A stretch of DNA of 64,000 bases, from the IMG/VR virus record IMGVR_UViG_3300023283_000076, positions 1-64,000 of that record. One strand, written 5' to 3'. The position numbers and the translations under genes are program-made. Shown one piece after another: positions 1 to 11,077 of the stretch. The number at the start of each line of letters is the position of its first letter. Within the stretch, counting starts at the first letter, position 1. The notes below the pieces were generated by a model. The model was not told the DNA's origin, ran no database searches, and worked only from the letters and a program-made list of their open reading frames with translations. Source of the DNA: a virus (lineage: Duplodnaviria; Caudoviricetes).

Positions 1-451
1 TAAGATATGTCCTTGTTAATCAAATTTTTCTTCCCTAGTTCCTTAAACTTGGAAAAATAATCCTTGATAGTATCAGTATTTGCTTCAGATGAAAACTTGT
101 CTAACGCAATCTTGTAATTCTCATTTAAAATATTAAATAGTTCATTATAAGTGAAACCATCAATCTCTTTTAATATCTTTAATATATTCATATATCTTAC
201 GGGAAAACTCTGTCAATATTATTTATCCCAATAACCATTCTGGTTTTACTACCTACTATGCTTTTCAATCAAGTTCTTTAATAACCATTTCAAATTCTTC
301 AATTAGTTCATGAATACTAACCATCTCCTCGTCTATCTCAACTTCACCAAGATTCCAATCACTAGCAATACGAGCTAATTGAATCGCCTTCTGAAGAGCG
401 CTTATAGTCTTCAAGTCTTTAGTTTCCATACATCCTCCAATGCTTATGAAA

Positions 452-652
452 TCACTTAACTAATGTATCAATTACCAAATCTCTGAATTTATGATCTTTA
501 TTAAATACTATCCCAGCAATAATACTGGAAATATCATCACCATGATCAATTCCGTATTTTTCCCTGCTCCACAATACAATCGGATTGTCCGAATTCCATA
601 AATGAAATTCATCCCTTAAAAAACGACCATAAGAATGATGAAGTTGTGACAA
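452..652 (-). CDS. hypothetical protein
   Basis: 66-aa ORF from the track; no recognised motif. Confidence 0.4.
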   Translation of the reverse strand: MSQLHHSYGRFLRDEFHLWNSDNPIVLWSREKYGIDHGDDISSIIAGIVFNKDHKFRDLVIDTLVK

Positions 653-853
653 AAATGCATTAAATTTTTCAATATCAGTTCCGATACCATCCGATATAGC
701 ACGACTTTCTTCATCTAAAAATAAATATAACTCTTTACATATTCTATCAAAATCATTATCCGAAAAACCATCTCCAATTATAGGTAACTATTGTCTATCT
801 TATCCATCAATTTCTTCCAGCAAATCTCAAATGAGTATATCACAATAAGTACC

Positions 854-874
854 AAATTACAATCATTATCATTT
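854..874. promoter_or_regulatory. Fur-box-like palindrome
   Basis: AAATTACAATCATTATCATTT, 19/21 match to AAATGATAATNATTATCATTT. Confidence 0.45.
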
Positions 875-2731
875 AAGAAGCTTGACAATCCCCTTCAACA
901 ATTGCTGTAATACTAATCGTAAATTATATAACTAATAATTTTTAAAATAAAGAAAAATATAATAAACACTACCTCTCTTAAAAACTGTGTGCTAAACGCT
1001 AAAATAAAAAATATTCGTGTTACACATCACGCATACAATAGATTCTTGGAACGCTTAGTAGTAAAGCATCTTCCAAATATATGTGGAATTCAATCATTTC
1101 AGAAAAGTTAAAGAAGGAAGAATTTGTGACAAATGGGAACAATCACCGTTCTGTGTGAATAGAAACTTTACACGTTACGGTAAATTCGTTGTAGCGAATA
1201 ATGGACCATGTTTCTTTATCTGTAAAGTAAAAAATAATTCAAAAATTATAGTAGCTACAGTAGTAGCAAAGTGGTATAACGAAAAATGTGTCTGGTGAAA
1301 CTTAATTCCACAGACTATTGAAATGCTCTTTTAAATATGTAGTTGCTGCAGATATGTGCTCAGATGTTATACCTTTTTTCGTAGGGCATTATTTAAACGC
1401 AATCCTTCTATATAAGCTTCAAGCATATTCGCTGTTCTCAGATTTTCCGACCCCTCTTGATGATAGTCCCTCTATTGCATCTCAGTTTCTTCCATCCTCT
1501 AGCTCAGACCAATCTACCATATCATATAAATTAACTGAAAACGTATTGTTTTTAAGTGTAGTACTAATACGATCTATCAAATTGGAAGACTCCTTCTTAG
1601 GATCATTATCAGAAGCTTTCTTAGAATCACTGTTAGAAGATTTAGCAGATAACTTATTATCTAAACCACTAATATCCTCGGCTGGTTTATCACATCAAAT
1701 AAAACTTTCATATAATAATTATACAAATTTATAGACTGATTTTTAACATCTTTCAATATTTTTATAGTATAAGTCATACCAGATAAAAACTCTGAGAAAA
1801 AAATTTCGATAATATGTAAACCCTTATATAAAAGACCCCCCCCCTTTCATATATACAAAACCGAAACTTGTATTCTGTGTAGCAGAATCAATGCCAAAAC
1901 ATTGTATTGTGTTTATACAATAAAATTGTGTCTATCAATATTCATGAAAAACAGCCACAACTTATGAAAAACGATCACAAATTATTATAAATCGTGAAAA
2001 ATCCTACCAAATGATAAAAAATAATAATAAAAAATAAAAAAGGGTCTAATATTCTCCTGTAGGACTAATCAAAATTTTCGAGACACTTTCTATATAAAAA
2101 AGTGGTCAATATTTGCTCAATTGCTTAGCACGGCCCGTACGCCCCTGTCAACTGTATGAATATACAGAAGAAAAAAAATCCCAAACTTGTTTTCAGTTTT
2201 TCTATATGGTGTTTATGGTACTGTATATATCTCCACTGTATAGTTATACATCACATCTTATTGAAGTGCATTCGATAATCTTTCAACCATTGATACTCTA
2301 ACGGTGAGAGTTCTTTCATGGTATCATGATGAGTAACTCTCTCTTCAAGATCATTCCATTCCATTTGTTGATGTTGCAATGAATCATTCATCTTCATACC
2401 TGTTTAGTTTGCTTAGGCTGTAGTCTATATTATACAGACACTTTTCGGATTGTCAATTACTTTCCAAGTGATCTATAGCGCCATAACATAGCAGATCGAA
2501 CCACTTTGTCGCATTGGTCATTGTAATGAATATGATATGCTAGTTTGGTTTGCGTTGCAGTTTTGAAGCGAACGTGGTATCGCTGATAAGAGAGTCTACC
2601 AAATCGGTTTCGCTCTGAATGATATCGGAATTGTATTTGATTTCTAATGTTTCAGTGAATGCGAGTATATAGTACCATGCACCATAGCGTTTAGTCAAGC
2701 GGATATAGAATAAAGTTGTAATTGAAAATTC

Positions 2732-2775
2732 TTGACAAATGGTTGATGATGAGTTAAAGGGTCTAAAGTAGGATA
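2732..2775 (+). promoter_or_regulatory. TTGACA-N17-TAAAGG-..CTA..TAGGA element (first of 13 copies)
   Basis: Exact 17-nt spacer; recurs across the window (see findings). Confidence 0.75.
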
Positions 2776-2806
2776 AAAAAAGAGGATGCGAATGATTCGC
2801 ATCCTC
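2775..2806 (-). terminator. intrinsic terminator of ardC
   Basis: GAGGATGCGAA-tga-TTCGCATCCTC 11-bp stem followed by a U-run on the minus strand; near-identical copy at about 3870-3899. Confidence 0.8.
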
Positions 2807-2825
2807 AATGGTACCTAATGATTAA

Positions 2826-3713
2826 TCAAGCGGCTTGCGCTTGATACTGTTCGGTTTCACCTGCTTCGCCTTCGATCAGGTAATCCGCTACCTTGCTTGC
2901 CTTGCTGGCGATATGCATCAGGCATTCAGGCTGTTCACGAAGCGCTGTGAGCCAGCTCTTCACATACTTTGCATGGTCCATGCGGGTAGTGACATCAATG
3001 CCCATACGAACGCCCACAATGGCTGCTGTAAGTTCTGCTAGCAGTTCTTCCAAAGCATATGCATTGCTTCCGAACCGGGTTGAAAGATTGCGGTCCAGTC
3101 GTGAAGCATGACCCGTCCAATGCGCCAGTTCATGGAATGCGGTCTGATAGTATGAATCCGCATCATGGAAGGCGTTGAATTCAGGAAGCAGGATGCGGTC
3201 ATGGCTTGGAATGTAACAGGCCATATTGCCGCCATGCTGGATTTCAGCGCCTGTTGCTGCGATCATTGCGTCGCATTCAGCGTGAATTTCATTTGTTGAA
3301 AGGGTAGGACGATCTTCCAGTGTCGGAGCGGTCCAGCCGTCAACTTGATCGGCATTGAATACGTTCGAGAATCGCAGGAAGGGAACCTTTTCAGGATTGC
3401 CGTTAGCGTCGAATCGAGTCTTGGAATCGATGATTTTCCAGAAAACAACCAATGAACCTTTTGATCCTTTCTTGACCGTGGCATCAATCGACTTCCATTG
3501 CTTAAAGGTAGCCCAATACGGAGATGAGAATCCAGCGCTCCACAATGAGAAGATATTGAAACCACGGTATGTCTTTTTTGTCACTGCATTGGTCGGAAAG
3601 TCTGTGGCAAACTTCGCCCATGGAGCAGTCCATTTACCATCCGCCATGCCTGCTTCGATTTGGTCTATAAAAGCTTGCGCTACAATCTTGTGAATCTTTT
3701 GATTTCCGTTCAT
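2826..3713 (-). CDS. ardC: ArdC-family antirestriction/ssDNA-binding protein (DUF1738 plus zincin-like domain)
   Basis: YRGFN, WATFKQW, VKKG.KG, FNADQ, HELAHWTGH..RLDR and YALEEL.AE motifs. Confidence 0.9.
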   Translation of the reverse strand: MNGNQKIHKIVAQAFIDQIEAGMADGKWTAPWAKFATDFPTNAVTKKTYRGFNIFSLWSAGFSSPYWATFKQWKSIDATVKKGSKGSLVVFWKIIDSKTRFDANGNPEKVPFLRFSNVFNADQVDGWTAPTLEDRPTLSTNEIHAECDAMIAATGAEIQHGGNMACYIPSHDRILLPEFNAFHDADSYYQTAFHELAHWTGHASRLDRNLSTRFGSNAYALEELLAELTAAIVGVRMGIDVTTRMDHAKYVKSWLTALREQPECLMHIASKASKVADYLIEGEAGETEQYQAQAA

Positions 3714-3724
3714 CGTGTTACCCT

Positions 3725-3798
3725 TATCAGTGAATGTAATTAAGGATTATACAGATATTTTCAGGATCGTCAACCGATTTCTGAAAATAATTGTAAAT
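3725..3798 (-). repeat. early promoter/leader cassette, copy 1
   Basis: 74 bp identical to parts of 4183-4308 and 4709-4834; TTGACG-N16-TATAAT then leader CATTCACTGATA and an RBS. Confidence 0.9.
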
Positions 3799-3920
3799 TT
3801 TTTTATGTAATGCAGTTCCGTCGAAAGTTCTTGACAAATGGTTGATGATGAGTTAAAGGCCCTAGGATAAAAAAGAGGATGCGAATGATTCGCATCCTCC
3901 TGATGATACGATTGAACCTA

Positions 3921-4175
3921 TCAGATAGGTTCACCGTTAAGTTCAAAGATGCTTTCCAATGGAATGCAGCGATACCCTTCGGCTTGAAGATCGTAAACGG
4001 TGACAAGATTGTGAGCCTTATCATCGTATGCCTTGTTACCGCCCTTGAGGTGTTTCGTGACTCCAAGACGGCAGTTCATGAAACGTTCCGCACCATTGGA
4101 CCGCTTGATGAAGCGAACAGAAAAAAACCGACCGTTGTTTCCGGCTTCCATGATCTTGTCGAATCGTTCCTGCAT
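3921..4175 (-). CDS. small phage SH3/Sm-like beta-barrel protein (WYL_2-like)
   Basis: FFSVRFIK..G.ER.MNCRLGV.KHLKGG...YD...GYR pattern common in phages. Confidence 0.6.
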   Translation of the reverse strand: MQERFDKIMEAGNNGRFFSVRFIKRSNGAERFMNCRLGVTKHLKGGNKAYDDKAHNLVTVYDLQAEGYRCIPLESIFELNGEPI

Positions 4176-4182
4176 CTTGTTT

Positions 4183-4308
4183 TCTCCTATCAGTGAATGT
4201 AATTAAGGATTATACAGATATTTTCAGGATCGTCAACCGATTTCTGAAAATAATTGTAAATCCGATTTGTGCATGAATTCTGATTGATTGATAGATGTTG
4301 ATTATATT
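4183..4308 (-). repeat. early promoter/leader cassette, copy 2
   Basis: 126 bp identical to 4709-4834. Confidence 0.9.
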
Positions 4309-4364
4309 TTTGCTTAGGGTATTGACAAATGGATGACGATGAGTTAAAGGCATTAGAATAGGAT

Positions 4365-4391
4365 AAAAAAAGCCCCGCTTGACAGCGGGGC
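4365..4391 (-). terminator. intrinsic terminator
   Basis: GCCCCGCT-tgac-AGCGGGGC stem plus U-run on minus. Confidence 0.8.
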
Positions 4392-4426
4392 AAAGTGAGC
4401 TAAGGGCCGGAACCCTATTCATTCAT

Positions 4427-4702
4427 TCACAATTTGCTTAATTTGAGCTTGAGTTTATGAATTTCGTGTTCAAGTTCCAGAACTCCGGGTCTTACGTTTT
4501 TAATAATAAGGCCGTCCAGTGCTGGTATAAGGCCGTCCAGTGCCTTCACGTTATGGTTGATGGTTGAATCAGGTAACGCATCATACATTCCGAGTAAATG
4601 CGTGTTAATGTCTTCCATGGCACGATACATATCTTCGATGCTCGCTTCGATTGCCTTGACGGCTTCGTTTCCAATCTCGATCAAGTTATCTTGGTCATAC
4701 AT
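4427..4702 (-). CDS. hypothetical helical protein
   Basis: ORF with RBS, own promoter cassette and terminator. Confidence 0.7.
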   Translation of the reverse strand: MYDQDNLIEIGNEAVKAIEASIEDMYRAMEDINTHLLGMYDALPDSTINHNVKALDGLIPALDGLIIKNVRPGVLELEHEIHKLKLKLSKL

Positions 4703-4708
4703 AAGTAA

Positions 4709-4834
4709 TCTCCTATCAGTGAATGTAATTAAGGATTATACAGATATTTTCAGGATCGTCAACCGATTTCTGAAAATAATTGTAAATCCGATTTGTGCAT
4801 GAATTCTGATTGATTGATAGATGTTGATTATATT
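4709..4834 (-). repeat. early promoter/leader cassette, copy 3
   Basis: Identical to 4183-4308. Confidence 0.9.
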
Positions 4835-4910
4835 GATGAGTTAAAGGCATTAGAATAGGATAAAATTCAGGGGGGCATAGGATGCCCCCTGAATAGTTTT
4901 TGATCTTAAG

Positions 4911-5645
4911 CTAGGTTAGGCTCAATTCTCTCATTGCCTTGCTGTAGTAGGCTTGAGCGGTGCCTGTCTTGGCTCCAAGTTCATTAACGATGCGTTCGAT
5001 CATTTCAGCACGATAAGCGGCCGGGTTAGTTTCAATCAATGCCTTGATCTTGTCATAGATACCTGAATTCTTACGGCCACGCCTACCGATCTTCGGGAGG
5101 TTGAGTTCATTGCGTGCCTTGCTGTAGTACACTTTAGCAGTGGACTCGTTAACGTCGGGCTTTGATTTTTTCACCATATCGAGAATTTCGTTAGGTGTTG
5201 CCTTCATGTTGCTTTCGACAAGTGAAAGAATCAATGGATACAAGCTAGCATCACGTTTTCGAGTTTTGGCGACCTTGGTGGTATTTTCTGTATCATCAAT
5301 ATCATCGTTTTCGACTACTGTATCAGCGCGAGTAGATGAACCTGTAGAAAGAGATTCAGCGAGTTTTGCAGCGTCTTGACGGGCAGCGTCAATATCTTCT
5401 TGAGTGATACTGGTACGGTCCTGCTCAAACGCCCTTACCAGTGCATATTGCAGCGTGTAATGATGCATCCTTTCATTGCAGCCATCAAGGCCGATTGGCT
5501 TGTTGTTAGTAAACTCTTCAAGTATGGGCCATAGTGATGCAGGGTTTTCTTCTTTGAGCACCCTGACCAGTTTCGTACTCTTGTCGTTGGCAGTGATGTT
5601 CACGCCATGATTCCGGAAAATTTCAACGATTTCTTGACTTGGCAT
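4911..5645 (-). CDS. putative DNA-binding protein with two tandem HTH-like units; paralogue of 12033..12746
   Basis: Repeated TAKVYYSKARNEL / TAQAYYSKAMREL units after an acidic linker. Confidence 0.65.
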   Translation of the reverse strand: MPSQEIVEIFRNHGVNITANDKSTKLVRVLKEENPASLWPILEEFTNNKPIGLDGCNERMHHYTLQYALVRAFEQDRTSITQEDIDAARQDAAKLAESLSTGSSTRADTVVENDDIDDTENTTKVAKTRKRDASLYPLILSLVESNMKATPNEILDMVKKSKPDVNESTAKVYYSKARNELNLPKIGRRGRKNSGIYDKIKALIETNPAAYRAEMIERIVNELGAKTGTAQAYYSKAMRELSLT

Positions 5646-5853
5646 AATATCTACTATCCTTTGTTTAGTGAATGTTAGAATCTATTATAATTATTTTTCG
5701 AGAGATTGCAAGGGGTTTAGTAATTATTGGTAAAATTTTTTGTGACATAGTTCCGTCGAACGTTGTTGCCCCATGGGATAGGATATGATAAAGGCTTTAG
5801 AGTAGGATTAAAAAAGGGCACGGAAAACCGTGCCCACCTAGACCATTCACTGA

Positions 5854-6157
5854 CTAGGATTGAGTTGGATTGACCAGAAGGGTGCAGACTGGTATGGTGA
5901 CGAAGCCCCTAGGGATTTCACGATGCGGGCGGGCAATCACCCCCAGCGTCTATTAAAGCATCTAATATGCCAGAGTTTTCGCTATAGTTCTTGATATCAG
6001 CCTCATCCTCAGCCATCGGTTCATCGGGAAGGTTGACTGTTGCCGTAGCAATTGGCTGGCCATCGTTTGCATCACAAAGCTGAATAGCGGTGCGCCCATT
6101 CGAATACGTGGCAAATTCAACGGTGGACTCAAAACCAGCAAAATTTACATTTTCCAT
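5854..6157 (-). CDS. conserved phage hypothetical protein, apparent frameshift at C5 run 5940-5944
   Basis: ATATVNL..IKNYSENSG motif; removing one base extends the frame to GFVTIPVCTLL and a stop at 5854. Confidence 0.6.
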
Positions 6158-6470
6158 AACTATTTCCCTTATTGAAATGATGTAAACAATTATACTGATA
6201 TTTTCAGAAGAGTCAATACTTATTTAAAATAAATTATTTCATTTATGGGTTGCAATTGTTTTGATTGTATGATAAAGGCTCTAGAGTAGGATAAAAGAAA
6301 AGGGGCCGAAGCCCCGATTCTTTATTCACTATAGTTATAATCACTAGCAGGGTGGTCTGTATCCTGATAGTATTCCCATCCCTTGCCACGGTCACGACGA
6401 AACAATGATGGAGTGGCAAAGCCGCCAAGGTCATACCATTGTTTCTTGGTTAGTTTGCGATAATTGTTTT

Positions 6471-6779
6471 TCATGCTGCATCCTGTATGTTATTTGCAAT
6501 TCTCTTGAGTTCCGATTTAGGATCAAACCCAAGAGCACGAAGGCGAGAAAAGGTTGTAACAGTAGGCCATTTTACAAGCGTACTGGCAACGATATAAGCC
6601 GTATTATTATAATAAGAATAGGTAGCAATACAGTTACCGAAAAGATAAACTTTTGCCATTTCAATACGTGCCCGCGTAACTGTTTCAATTTCTGGTAAGT
6701 ATTCGACCGAAGTATTGCCAGACTTCCAATTGCGCTTGTTTTGAATGGCTTCAATCATTTGTTGTTCAATCTTTCGCAT
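6471..6779 (-). CDS. conserved phage hypothetical protein
   Basis: ORF with own promoter and CATTCACTGATA leader. Confidence 0.7.
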   Translation of the reverse strand: MRKIEQQMIEAIQNKRNWKSGNTSVEYLPEIETVTRARIEMAKVYLFGNCIATYSYYNNTAYIVASTLVKWPTVTTFSRLRALGFDPKSELKRIANNIQDAA

Positions 6780-6980
6780 AACGAGTTACCTTTATCAGTG
6801 AATGTGCAAATATTATCGCTTAGATATAAAGCGTTGTCAATAGAAATTTAAAAATTAATTTTTTAAAAATTACTTGACAACGGTATCAGGATATGATAAA
6901 GGCCCTAGGATAGGATGAAAAAAGTCTTGCATTTACAGGATGTTACATGTTACTATCTAGGGTTGAATCGAGATAAGGTT

Positions 6981-7047
6981 AAATGAGAATGGTTCTTATT
7001 GTCAAATGAGAATGGTTCTTATTGTCAAATGAGAATGGTTCTCATTT
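6981..7047. repeat. tandem 23-bp repeat of a Fur-box-like palindrome (about 3 units)
   Basis: AAATGAGAATGGTTCTTATTGTC twice, then AAATGAGAATGGTTCTCATTT. Confidence 0.85.
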
Positions 7048-7320
7048 AAGTAAAACCGCATGGTGACGATATCCATGTAAATGATCGGCACAACAATCAC
7101 AAGGACTTTTGGAAAATTCAATATCATCATCAGAATTTCTCATAACAATATGATTTCCCTGATTGATTTGATGTTGAACACTATTACGGATAGCGATTTC
7201 ACGCTGTTCCGCTTCATCAGGAAGAAAATGGTAATCAAGTCTGCTAAGATCATCATTAGCGATGAACATAGCGCAATCAACACAAACCATGAAACGTCCG
7301 TTGACAACTTCGGCAGACAT
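7042..7320 (-). CDS. hypothetical protein with CxxC pairs
   Basis: CVDC...FSKSPCDCC; own promoter/leader. Confidence 0.65.
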   Translation of the reverse strand: MSAEVVNGRFMVCVDCAMFIANDDLSRLDYHFLPDEAEQREIAIRNSVQHQINQGNHIVMRNSDDDIEFSKSPCDCCADHLHGYRHHAVLLK

Positions 7321-7457
7321 TTAAGTTTCTCTGATTAGTGAATGTGAGTATATTGTATCATGGCTAGCCAAACAATGCAATAAAAATTTGAAAATATAAT
7401 AATATATCTCATTCTGTACATTAAACGGGATACTGTTAAGAATGAGATACATTAAAC

Positions 7458-7476
7458 CCCTAACGATACGTTAGGG
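7458..7476. repeat. CCCTAACG-N3/4-CGTTAGGG palindrome (1 of 4)
   Basis: Other copies at 21321, 46491 and 51823. Confidence 0.75.
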
Positions 7477-7595
7477 GGTTTGAGGGGGTATAAGGGCGCT
7501 TAACTAATAATATAATGCCAGTATCACACCAGTTTCCAGAAAGTCCTCATGTATGATGATATATTTATATCAGGTATCGAAAAGTTTGTTGACCG

Positions 7596-7790
7596 CTAAT
7601 GATATAAATTCAATTTCATACGCAATCGAATAATTTCAAGAGCTAATCTGTCTCTACCATAGAAACAATTGTCGCACGCACAATTGATTCTAGGGTCAGG
7701 CATGGTATCATATGGACCCTTCAATGCATCATACATCGGATTTCTGGAATCCCTAATGCACAAATTTTCGTAAACTTCATTAATGTTCAT
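7596..7790 (-). CDS. hypothetical protein (CxCxxC)
   Basis: ORF abutting 7793..8203. Confidence 0.55.
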   Translation of the reverse strand: MNINEVYENLCIRDSRNPMYDALKGPYDTMPDPRINCACDNCFYGRDRLALEIIRLRMKLNLYH

Positions 7791-7792
7791 GG

Positions 7793-8203
7793 TTAATGTT
7801 CATTCGGGATTTTCAAAGCAAATTCCTGCGCAAACTGAATATAGCTATCTTTACGCTCTTGAAATGAACAAGCCCATTCACCAGTTGTGTAGTTAATAAG
7901 ATCATCATGGAGCCTATTTTGCGCTTCCTGCCATGCTTCAATACCCTCTATGACTGAATTAACATTAAACTGTTGTATGAGATCCTTGAATTCCTTTTTC
8001 TGTTCCGTAAATAACTCTTGAATGCTACCATCCCAATATTTAAGATCATCAGTCAATAGACCGATTGCACATTTATTTGTGCCATTATTATACACTGGTT
8101 TGTATTTACCATCGCTCCATACCCCTAACGAGACCGATGGAGGATTTTGATTTTCGATAAAATGGTGCCATGCAGCATTGAAGCAATCTTGAAGTGTAAA
8201 CAT
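7793..8203 (-). CDS. hypothetical protein
   Basis: ORF with GGAG RBS; KCAIG motif. Confidence 0.65.
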   Translation of the reverse strand: MFTLQDCFNAAWHHFIENQNPPSVSLGVWSDGKYKPVYNNGTNKCAIGLLTDDLKYWDGSIQELFTEQKKEFKDLIQQFNVNSVIEGIEAWQEAQNRLHDDLINYTTGEWACSFQERKDSYIQFAQEFALKIPNEH

Positions 8204-8367
8204 TTAATATCTCCATTAGATAGATTTTTAATAGTATGCCACATACGATTGAATTAGTCAATATGATGAAAAACATATTCTGCATCAGGTGACATTATGG
8301 TTCCTTTATAAAAATGATGAAACAATTATACAATAGATTTCAGATTTGTCAAGGGGTATTTGTTAAA

Positions 8368-8679
8368 TTATTCTCTTACAAATACTCCCACACCATTCGA
8401 CATAAATCCATGTAAATTAAATGAAGTTCCATGTTGACCAATAATTTTTCTCCATGTATGTTCAATTTGACGCATCCAACCGAAGCACAAATTTTCTTGA
8501 CGAAGTGTTTCATACCGATATGGTGCAACGGTAGAATAATCAACAGGAACAAAACTAATAGCAGCCATGCCGCAATATTCATTAACCGTTACGGTTCCGA
8601 AATCGTTTTCAAGAATTGCATGTGATTCACGATCCAACCACTTATCAGTTACACGAAAAGAAGAGAATTTATCTATCAA
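8368..8679 (-). CDS. hypothetical protein (start uncertain)
   Basis: 103-aa ORF from the track. Confidence 0.5.
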   Translation of the reverse strand: MIDKFSSFRVTDKWLDRESHAILENDFGTVTVNEYCGMAAISFVPVDYSTVAPYRYETLRQENLCFGWMRQIEHTWRKIIGQHGTSFNLHGFMSNGVGVFVRE

Positions 8680-9216
8680 ACTAATACGAATACTTTCAAT
8701 AAAATCATCCCATTCAAATTCATCTTCAACCTCATTTTGTCAGATTTGTCAAACATTGTTCAAATACACTTCACCTGCTTCGGTGTGTAGTGCTCTGATT
8801 GCATCATTTAAATTACATGCCAACATGGTATGATCGATGTTGACACTAACAGTACCGGAACGATCCCGAGTAAGGCGACCTCGCACAAATCTGTTATTCA
8901 TACGACGTCTGGAAAGGGAAGTTCTAACAAACCTTCTTCCGTAACAGGTTCCCATGAAAGAATATCACTAACTCTCCGATATTCCTGTTCGATTTGTTCT
9001 AGAGTTCTCATTTTTATATCCCGTATCTATGTTGAATCCAGTTTATTAGTCTGCCTATTACAGTCTTGTTACGTTTTCGCTCTCGGTCTGCCTGCAACCG
9101 CTCCTGATATTCAATAACTTCGATGCCTTCTGCAAAGTTGATGGGAATACCTTTTCGAACCTTTTCGCTTAATGCTTCGAGTCGTTTAGACATTACATAG
9201 CTCCGATGTTTAAAAA

Positions 9217-9385
9217 TGTTTTAAGAGTGACTCTAACTTGATCTTCGTGATTTCAGGATTGGGTTATTGACCCGCACCATTCATCAATTCATCCAATATC
9301 CCCCGAGGAAAGTGTGACCGGCAACAATCTAAAATGTGAGCGAAAGCTAAAATGAAAGGCCAGTGTTAAAGTCACTCTTAAAACA
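9217..9385 (-). ncRNA. putative ~170-nt small RNA with a long closing stem
   Basis: Perfect 16-bp inverted repeat 9217-9232/9370-9385 directly downstream of a TTGACA-N17-TACTAT promoter. Confidence 0.5.
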
Positions 9386-9432
9386 CCCTCGATAGTTATA
9401 ATAGTATCAACTATCGAGGGTTTTGTCAAGTC

Positions 9433-9957
9433 TTATTTCATTTTTATAATCTGTCCAGTGAAGTCAGTAGGATGTATTCTGCCAGCACTACGCATATTGT
9501 AAGCCCTTCCCTGTTGGATTCTACGATGCACAGTAAGACCAACATGAACAGTCTTGCCATTGATCTCATAGAGTGCCTTACGAGTCACCCGAGCACGTTT
9601 GAGCGGCATATTATGAGTACGATCACCACGACCACCCAACATTCTGCATACTCTACGCCAGCCTTGGTCATGATTCTTACCAAGAGTAGGATTAAAGTAG
9701 CATACAATATGCGCTACCTCATGGGGAATCGTTTCATCAATCAATTCTCCCCAATGTTCGTTTTCGAGCAATTGATGATTGAATTTCAAAGCATATCCAT
9801 TAGGCGAGTTATGTGCCATTCCAGCAATACGACCACGTTTGTCAAAAGAAATGTCAACATCCGCGTTGAAACCAAAGAGTTCCTTTGCACGTTCAAGACA
9901 CTTTTCAACTTCTTGCCGTGCTTCATAAATGGTATGCATCAAATACTCTCCTATCAA
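9433..9957 (-). CDS. SprT-like zinc metalloprotease
   Basis: TIPHEVAH...HDQGWRRV; likely start at MHTIY. Confidence 0.85.
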   Translation of the reverse strand: MIGEYLMHTIYEARQEVEKCLERAKELFGFNADVDISFDKRGRIAGMAHNSPNGYALKFNHQLLENEHWGELIDETIPHEVAHIVCYFNPTLGKNHDQGWRRVCRMLGGRGDRTHNMPLKRARVTRKALYEINGKTVHVGLTVHRRIQQGRAYNMRSAGRIHPTDFTGQIIKMK

Positions 9958-10554
9958 TGAATGTGAAATCTATTATATAGAAAAATTCAAATAATGCAAC
10001 CACTATTTAAATTATTATTGATTGGATGCCATGTATATGACAACTGTAAACTCTATAATTACTATCATATAAAGAATTGCGAGAGTCCATTTTTCCTTTT
10101 TAGACAAGTAGTTACCTATCATTCTTGAGACAATTTCTCAATAATAATGTTACCTTCAACTATTAGCGCTTCTTCAATTAATTCAGGGTCAACACCCTTC
10201 AGGTCTTCTAGCGGAAAAATAATGACCGCGCATCCACTGTCACGTAACTCTCTAATCATTTCATTCTGTTGCTTAGTAATCATGCGGTATATTCCTATGT
10301 TTTGAAATTAAGAACATTCTCCATACTGAGAAGTTTCAAAGTAGCTTGACAAGTGTTATTTCACTTTAAGCATTGGCTTTTTTACGACTAACAATGGTCC
10401 TTGAAATCCATCGCGTTCTCCCATATCCTGTTTGATTTTTTGTGGACTCACATCGTAGTTAAATTGTAGAACGTGAATCAGTTTTCCGTTTTGGTAAACA
10501 TCAAAACTTGTCTGCATTGTGTTAGAACCTTTATGGAATGAAAACATTAGTATA

Positions 10555-10755
10555 TCATGCCTTGGATGATGATGCAACCCAAAAGAGAGATTCTTTAACA
10601 GATTCCAACGACAAATCTGTGATAGCCTTGATACGCTGGCGACCCGGAGTAGGATTATAGATGAACAGTTTCTTGAATTCCGAATCGAATTTGACTGTCA
10701 GCCCAAAATCTTCTGCCAATTTATTTATATGTGTGATTTTTTCGTGGAGATTCAT
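10555..10755 (-). CDS. hypothetical protein
   Basis: ORF downstream of a hairpin terminator at about 10782-10808. Confidence 0.5.
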   Translation of the reverse strand: MNLHEKITHINKLAEDFGLTVKFDSEFKKLFIYNPTPGRQRIKAITDLSLESVKESLFWVASSSKA

Positions 10756-11077
10756 ATACTTACAACCTTTAATTGATTAGTGTGGGGAAGGAAGTTCCTT
10801 CCCCACAATTTTGAGTTGATGTTTACTGACAGGCAGGAAACTGATGAACCACCTGTTCACCATTCAGGCGAATACGGCAACGGTCATACATGCTCCACAC
10901 TCGCTTGAGACATTGTGAAATCTTGCGAGAAGCATGAACGGTACGATAGCGCTTGTTGCGATAGACTTCCAGAGTGTATTCCCGAGTACGATTACTCACT
11001 TTATGTTCTCCTGATTGAAGGGTTAATGTCTGGTCCCGATGACCATGTGAACCATTATACAGAAAAATTCATGTCTG

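Noticed and set aside
1083-2301. Plus-strand ORFs 1083..1298, 1318..1734 and 2113..2301
   Set aside because: Low-complexity AT/Ser-rich sequence without clear RBS or motifs; coding status unsupported.
6981-7047. CRISPR mini-array
   Set aside because: The 23-bp units are contiguous with no spacers; no cas genes.
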